From the NCBI GenBank assembly GCA_951406725.2, contig OX597817.1:137826001-137890000 (forward strand): a stretch of DNA of 64,000 bases. The letters run 5' to 3'. The stretch comes from Octopus vulgaris (taxonomy: Eukaryota). Shown one piece after another: positions 55,830 through 64,000 of the stretch. Position 1 is the first letter of the stretch, and each line of letters opens with the position of its first letter. A program made the translations under genes and the position numbers. The notes below the pieces were generated by a model that saw only the letters and a list, made by a program, of their open reading frames with translations, had not been told where the DNA came from and did not search any database.

Positions 55830-58252
55830 CGCTTTGCACCTCTGCCAAAACTGCATGGGCCCAAGACAATACTCCCTTCTACGAGGAAGATACAAGGAAA
55901 TGCATCAAAGACGAAAAAATGGTGCACTGTCTACTCCCGAAAGACGAAATGCAGATGTTGTGTGTGGCCCTACAAACGGCTGACTCACCCGGATGCGAAA
56001 AGGGCAGCAGCAGAAGAATAGTCTGTTTTGTTTTGCACGTGGCACAAAAGATTGTCCAGCAGATGACCTGGCTACAAACACAAATTTGGTCTCAGATCAC
56101 AACATACTAGAGATGTTTATGTAGGGCCAAAAGCCTCTGCAGACAGACAGCCTATACGAAGCATCCAAAATCTCTCCAAACTAAATTTTCATAAAGCAAA
56201 CTGGACGTTGATTGAGGAAGAGATCCTCAAATCGGATTGGCCTAAATGTCCCTCCATACCAGGCATTGACATGAAGCACAGACATTTCATGTCCATAATG
56301 CAAGTCACATGTGACAAATCCGTTCCAGAGCGCAGGGCCAACATACACAAAAACAGGATCCCTAAAGAAAGGAAGATCCTTATTCGACGACGGACAAAGT
56401 TTGCGAACCGTCTGAGCAAATACCCCAAAAGTAGTGAGAAGTCTCGCCTGGAGAGACCGCTATTGAAGATTGAGAAAGATCTACATAAATCTCACGAAAA
56501 GGAGAGAGCAGATAAGGAAGTTTGGGTTATAGAAAATATCAAGTCGAACCGTAAAGCTTTCTTTAAGTTTGCCAAAGAAAAAGCCTCAGTACGCCACAAA
56601 ATAGAACCCCTCTTCCAAAAAGATGAAACCCAATGAGGATAAGTGAAATACTGAACGAACAGTTCCAAAGTGTGTTCACAGCACCTCTGGGACACAGGCA
56701 AGTAAACAAACTAGCAGAATTCTTTGCCACTTTACCTGTAACCAAAGAGGCGAAAATTGATTACGTCAACATTGAAAAAGAAGATATAACACTGGCCAGA
56801 GATGAGGTTGGCACAAACTCAGCTGCTGGCCCTGATGGATTCCCAATGTTCCTTCTCAAATAGTGTAAACGAGCCCTTGCAAAACCACTGCAGCTTCTTT
56901 TTCAGAGCTTTCTTGAAAGTGGTGAGCTCCCAGACAAACTGAAGGAAGGGATATGCCCTATCCATAAGGAAAGAAGCAGAGCAGATGCTAAACATTGTAG
57001 GCCTATCTCTCTGACCTCACACACCAGCAAAGTCATGAAATGAATAGGCCGCCAGAAACTGGTCACGTTCCTTGAAGAAAATGGACTTCGACCAGATAGA
57101 AGCTGCCTGATAGAGCTCTTGCAACACTACGATTGGGTGTTAAACAGCTGCTAAATGACTCAAGTGTGGATGGGATATATCTTGACTTCGCAGAAGCCTT
57201 TGACAGAGTCGACCATTTTATGTTATGCCACAAACTGCATGATCTTGACATAGCTGGAAAACTTGGAGAGTGGCTGCACGACTTTCTAAAAGATAGATAT
57301 CAGGTAGTAGTAGCCAATGGAGCCACCTCCAAGGAAACATAAATAGCAAGTGGTGTTCCACTGGGCACTTTCTTAGGGCCACTTCTAGTCATAGTGGCTC
57401 TCTCAGACATGCACTCAGCTGCTCAGCCACCCTAGCTAGCTATGCAGATGACACAAAAGCCCCTCAGACAATACAAAATCTGCAACGGGAGTTGGACGCA
57501 GTATGCAAGTGGGTAGATTAATGTAGGAAAATTCCAAGCCCTGCACTACCAGCACACAAAGCTGAACGACATGCTGACAGGATACACTGCCCCGGGAGAA
57601 ACTGCAATCCCTGAGCTAAAATCAGTGAGTGACCTGGGCATTGGCATGAGCAATGATGCATCTTTCAAAGTGCATATTCTCAATTTGGTAATAAAATGCA
57701 GACGGTTATTTGGATGGATGGATCCTCTGAACTTTCAAAACAAGAGAAAGGAAACAATGATGGTCCTTTGGAGGGCATACGCCCTCAGCCGCTCGGACTA
57801 CTGCGCCTAGCTATGGTCACCACACAATATAGAATTAACGGCGGAACTCAAAGCAATCCAACGAAGCTATACAAAGAAAATCGTCTCAATGCAACTTATC
57901 AGTTACTGGGAAACACTGAAAGAATTAAAACTCTTCTCCCTAAAATGAAAGCGGAAGAGATATGCAGTGAAATACATCTGGAGAACCCTGGAAGGCCTTG
58001 TACCAAACTTGTCTGAGAACTGCATGGTGTGGATGTAGGTGTCTTCGAAACAAAACTGGATCTCCTCCTGTTAGGGGTTCCGGATGAGTCTACCTCACGG
58101 TAGGAAACACAGATGAGGCAGCGGCACCAAACTCCCTCATTCACCAAGTGCCACATATCAGAGGAGGTTTCAAATAATGGTGTAGCACAGTCAACGGTGG
58201 TGCCCCAGCATGACCGCAGCTATGAAGCTGAAACAATTTAAAGAGTTAAAGA
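55830..58252 (+). mobile_element. CR1-group (Jockey-group) LINE, RT pseudogene with 3' UTR
   Basis: NFHKANW; IKSNRKAFFKF; ILNEQFQSVFT; SAAGPDG; RPISLTS; IYLDFAEAFDRVDH; SGVPLGTFLGPLL; YADDTK; many stops and frameshifts. Confidence 0.92.
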
Positions 58253-58338
58253 TTACAGATTTATATATATATATATGTATGTATATATGTATGTATGTAT
58301 GTAGGTATGTATGTATATGTATGTGTGTAGTATATATG

Positions 58339-58400
<62 letters not shown>

Positions 58401-58405
<5 letters not shown>

Positions 58406-59560
58406 GTTGGCCCAATAGTCACTAGACCATTTAAAAATATAATAATGTTTTCACTATTTATTTTTTTAATTATTATGTTTCAGATTATTGACATGTAATT
58501 CTTGGAAAATAATCATGGAAAAATGCACAACTGAGAAACTAATAAAGATAATTGAATGTTATCTACAAAATCAGCGATCAATTGTACTAACCAAATAACC
58601 TTATATTCACCCTTTTGGGGTCAGACAACCAGCGTCTAAACAAGTGATACTCAACTTATTCCAGTGGTTTGAATAATAGGAGGCTGTGACTGATTTACCA
58701 CGTACGGGAAGGCCACGTTCGGGGAGATCTCAGGACAACATTCAGCGTAGAGGTCGGAACATTGAAGAAGAGCCTTCAATATCAACCCGAAAGCGACCCA
58801 GCAGCTAGGAACATCTCGAAGCTCACCACAGATGATTCAAAGGAGGCTGGTTTTAATCTTGTACTAAGAGCAACTTGGGCAGGAACCGGAACAAAAAGAT
58901 TATCAGATGGGGTTAGTGCTTGTTGCTCAGATCCAAGAACTAGCAGGGCAAGAATGTGATTTCATAACCTACATTATGGTTGACCAGTTTGACTTACATC
59001 TAAACGGTTTTGTCAACAAACAAATTATCCGATTTTGGTGGGGGTGGGGGACAAAATATCCAAAACTAGTCCATCACCATGAGCGGCACCCTAGTTTAGT
59101 TCCAGTTATATACGGAAAAAGTCCTAGATACTTATTTCTTTGAGGATGAGGCAAAAACGCACTAACTGTCATAGGAGAACGGTATCGGAATATGTTGGAA
59201 CATTAAGTGAGTCCTGCAGTTGAAAAGGTACGAGGTAGCATTGGATACAGCTCGCCCGATGATGAAGTTCTTAAGGCAAATCTTTGGACGCAAGATAATT
59301 TCAATAAACTTTAAATTTTACTCGCCCTCACATTCACTCGATTTAACGGCTCCAGAGTTTTGCTTGTGGGGGAATCTGAAAGCCAGAGTATACACTAACA
59401 AACCCCGGATAATCCAGTAATTTAAGACCATCATCCGCGACGAAATTGAAAGGATAAGCCAAGAGATATCGCAAATGGGGATATAACCTTCTTTGGAAAG
59501 AACCTGCTATTATAGGGAAGAAAATGGTATTTGAAGGGACGTAATTTTCAGAACTAATTA
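58401..59560 (+). mobile_element. Tc1/mariner-superfamily transposon, decayed transposase
   Basis: MEKCTTEKLIKIIECYLQNQRSIV; DLPRTGRPRSGRS; LHLNGFVNKQ; PSHSLDLTAPEFCLWGNLKARVYTNKP; starts in a TA array; right TIR not seen. Confidence 0.85.
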
Positions 59561-59808
59561 AATATGTTTTCCAAAAAGAGTAATTATCGTTGATAAAAGA
59601 ATAGATGTGAATATGTTGGTAATAATATATTTATATGTTACACATTTGTAACAAATCACCTTGACATGTAATGAATTACTAGCAAACTTACCAAATAAGT
59701 GAACTACAACCAGTGCGTGTTCTTTTATTGACAGAATGTCTCTCCTAAAATATAATAGTATATATGTTTGTATCTATACATATAGATGCACATAGCACGC
59801 ACATACAT

Positions 59809-59870
<62 letters not shown>

Positions 59871-59879
59871 GGGCAGATT

Positions 59880-59939
<60 letters not shown>

Positions 59940-61714
59940 TACTTATATGCATGGATATAGGAAAATCTAGCTTTCGTCATGTTCGCGCGCGCTTGTGTGT
60001 GTTTACATGTAATCCTTTGTTGTCATGATGTCGAAAAATAGCTATTGTGAATGTAGCAGCATTGTGGTTTTCGAACCGATAGAAACCGATATATTTAGCA
60101 GAGGGATTTGTTATCATTCATGAGGTGTAAGTGAAAAGGATTATGGATTCAACTGAGGAATGGACTGAGAACTCAGTTCGGCAGTTCTTACTTATTTTTA
60201 GTTCTAAATCTAAAAGAAAGCTTGGTCTCCATGACCTCTGGAGGATCTCCTAAATCGGTGAGATTTGGCACCCATTGCTGTTCCTGTTGAACTTACACGG
60301 GGCAAAATTGGTTGAAAAGATATGAGCAGTGAGGGATTTTTAGAGGTCCAATGCCCTTCTATGAATGATTGGATGATTGGACTTAGTAATATGTGCGGTG
60401 TTTAGTAATATTGTACACATTAATTGTGGTGAAATGAAGAAAAAGGAATGACTCGAGACTGCTTGGGTGAGTGCTGCATGGGACCAGCCAATTTCAAGGG
60501 GCCATCATAAAAAGCGGCTGAAAAATCGGAGATTGGAGGCTGGAATTTGGATAATCTCTGTGATTTATATCAATCAGCGAGTAGACTTTCCTGGATGCAG
60601 AATAGGAAGTCTGTGAGTGCAACAGCAGCACTGACTTAGTCCTGGTGGTGGTGGTGATGGTGGTGTGAGATAATAAATTGTTAGACTGTCTGTTGGTGTT
60701 TAAAATATGAAGTTAACTTTCTACTGAAGTTGACTTTCTCCTTTTAGTTGAAAAATGATGAAAGCAGTATCTTTGAAGTAAAAACCGAATACAAATTCAG
60801 AACTCAAATTCTTTTAGATTCTGTTTGTTTGCATAAATATTTCTGTCCAAGACAGAAATACCATTTCTTGTATGCGATGAGTTTCTAGTAACGCAGTGGT
60901 GTCCCCTCAATTGATTACACTCCACAAAAACACAAGGAGCAGCAATACAAGTTTGTTTTAGGAAAGAAAAAACATTTTCATATTTCAAAAGAGACAATAG
61001 TAAGCTAATGCGAAATATGAGCAAGAAATGGTGAAGGGGATATCTTTGAAATAAAAATCGAAATCAACTTTTGGACTCAAATACTTTTAGATTCCTTTTC
61101 TTTATATAAATATTACCGTTCAAGACAGAAGAGGCCACTATTAAGATAGATAAAAATGAATCAGCTGTTGTGAGGTTCATACTGTCCTGTGCTTAAGTGT
61201 ATGAGCTGCTGTGAGGTTCATGCTGTTCTCAATAGTAATATTACCGTAGTGTGAATTAGCAGCTGGAGATTCATGTTGCCTCAATACCACGAGTGCTGTG
61301 ATAAAAGAATGAGTAAGAGTTAGACACACAGACCTGGAGCTTGCTTTTTCATTTACAGTGCGTGATTAATTCTTCTAAGCAGCGAAGAATCTACAAAGAT
61401 AACATCTTTGGATTAGCACCAATCGAAGTAAATTTTCTTCTATACAGACTTTTCTCGAACTAAGTTTTTGCTTACAAAACAGAAAATAATATCATTTCGT
61501 TTACAACAAAGTAGATTTAAAGCAGATTTACGAGAGAAACCGAAACTGTGATGAATTAATTAAACTAAAAATAGAATTCTTTGAAATAATCTTGGTAAAA
61601 TGGTAAGCAGCGCTCTACACATTATAGAATAAAGAGGAGGTATCGCAATCGAATTGCAATAAAACCACAAAAGAACACCTACGGTAAGGCTGGTGCAAGT
61701 AATTGGTACTACTA

Positions 61715-62383
<669 letters not shown>

Positions 62384-62439
62384 AAGAAGAAGAAGAAGAA
62401 GAAGAAGAATCAGTTCAGAAGGTTTGAAATTTAGGGTGA

Positions 62440-62545
62440 AGTATTAAGTCGATTACATCGACCCCAGTTTTTGGTTCGTTGTTTTATCGACCCGGAAAGG
62501 ATACAAAGCAATGTCGACCTCAGCGGGGATTTGATCTCAGAATAT
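62440..62545 (-). mobile_element. SINE family A fragment
   Basis: attaagtcgattacatcgaccccag...tttatcgacccggaaaggat...gtcgacctc. Confidence 0.72.
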
Positions 62546-63297
62546 AAAAAAACAAAGTCGGAAGAATTACTTGAAGATCTTTGTTGTGGCATTCCAGCGA
62601 TCGAAGCCTCGTCCTGGTTTGTCTTGCAAGTCTTCCTCTCCTGTTGACTCTCATCTTTTTTATTTTTATCAGCACAACTCGCTTGGTCTTCAAAACAGTA
62701 AACATGGATGGATTCGACTTTCAACACAATGGGAAGCAAAAAGAATTATAATTGAATTCTATAGTTTTTTGTTTTGTTTTGTTTTTTTACTTTTTCTGTC
62801 TGGACACAAAAAAAAAAACACGACTAAAAGAGTAAGAAATATCAAATCCGTCAACCAATCAGGTAAGAGAGAAATCGAAAGAAACAAAATACAACTTGTA
62901 TTTCATAGTAACTTAAATATATCATCACCACCACCACGACGATCACGACTACGTTTCACCACCATGACGATTGATGATGGTGATATATCAAGTCTAATCT
63001 GTAATTCTCAGCTGAAAGAGAGAGAAAGAGAGAGAGAGAGAGATAGATTTAACGTGTATTAAGTTGTTTATCACAGTCTTAAAGAGGCGACAAACTCACA
63101 CAGGAATTTCAGGTACACACACACACAAACTCACACAACCACACATATGATGACATACACATACACACGCACACGCAACACATACTATATACATATAAAT
63201 GCATACGTGTATATATGTGTGTGTGTCTTTCTTTCTCAGTATCCTATTCTTCTCTGTATACACACAAGTGCGCGTATAAACACTCACACATACACGT

Positions 63298-63331
<34 letters not shown>

Positions 63332-63435
63332 TTATGTATGCATGTATATGTATACATATATAGATATAGATATAGATATGTACATACGTATATATATGTG
63401 TGTATATATATTTATATATAAATATATATATATAG

Positions 63436-63479
<44 letters not shown>

Positions 63480-63932
63480 GCATATACATATATATGTATA
63501 TGTATATTTATATGCATATATATATATATATATATATATATCAAGTAGGAAAGAAGAAGAGAGTGAAAGTGAAAGTAGGCGGCGTAGAGCGAGAGAGAAA
63601 GAAAGAGAGAGAGAGAGAGAGAGAGCTGGAGGTAAAGGTAGAGAAATATGCTGCGTCATTGATCATTCTGCTGTCACTAATGCTCACTACTATTAAACAA
63701 TGATTATATAAACACTAACACACTTTAATGCACATCTATTGTGGTACAGCTGCGTATAAGTAATATCATTAATGTATATACACACCCAGAGAAGGACAGG
63801 GAAACAGATAATTGCCTCGCCAGACAAAATACAAATAATATACTCATATGTGTGTGTGTGTATATGTGTGAGTGTGTGTGTGTGTGTGTTTTCGTGTGAA
63901 TATATATATTTATATGTATTATGTGTAAGGAT

Positions 63933-63967
<35 letters not shown>

Positions 63968-64000
63968 TATAGATATATCCGAGTATACATAGATACATAG

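Noticed and set aside
62850-62870. ccaatcag|gtaaga possible splice donor
   Set aside because: No upstream acceptor or coding-like exon; isolated motifs like this occur by chance.

Overview
Repeat-saturated, apparently non-coding animal DNA (intron or gene desert). The microsatellite load and the SINE families look like octopus (coleoid cephalopod); that assignment is an inference from recognition, not a database hit. I find no intact host CDS, tRNA, rRNA or CRISPR array, and nearly all ORF-track entries are microsatellite read-throughs. Content: long (TA)n, (CA)n, (TATG)n, (GATA)n, (TAA)n and (GAA/GGA)n arrays; about 20 copies or fragments of four tRNA-derived SINE types; decayed LINEs (CR1-group, R4/Dong, Tx1, RTE); Tc1/mariner, hAT and Helitron elements. 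The most notable signal is about 11 type I hammerhead-ribozyme-like motifs of the minimal Penelope-like-element (PLE) kind, folded by eye. They sit in short microsatellite-anchored elements that often carry inverted arms. One three-copy family shares a non-canonical CUGUNGA (A6U) core. Also present are a ~700-bp spacer-less palindrome, several other fold-backs, a LINE/SINE shared 3' tail, and a few CpG-containing unique islands that may be regulatory or a short first exon.
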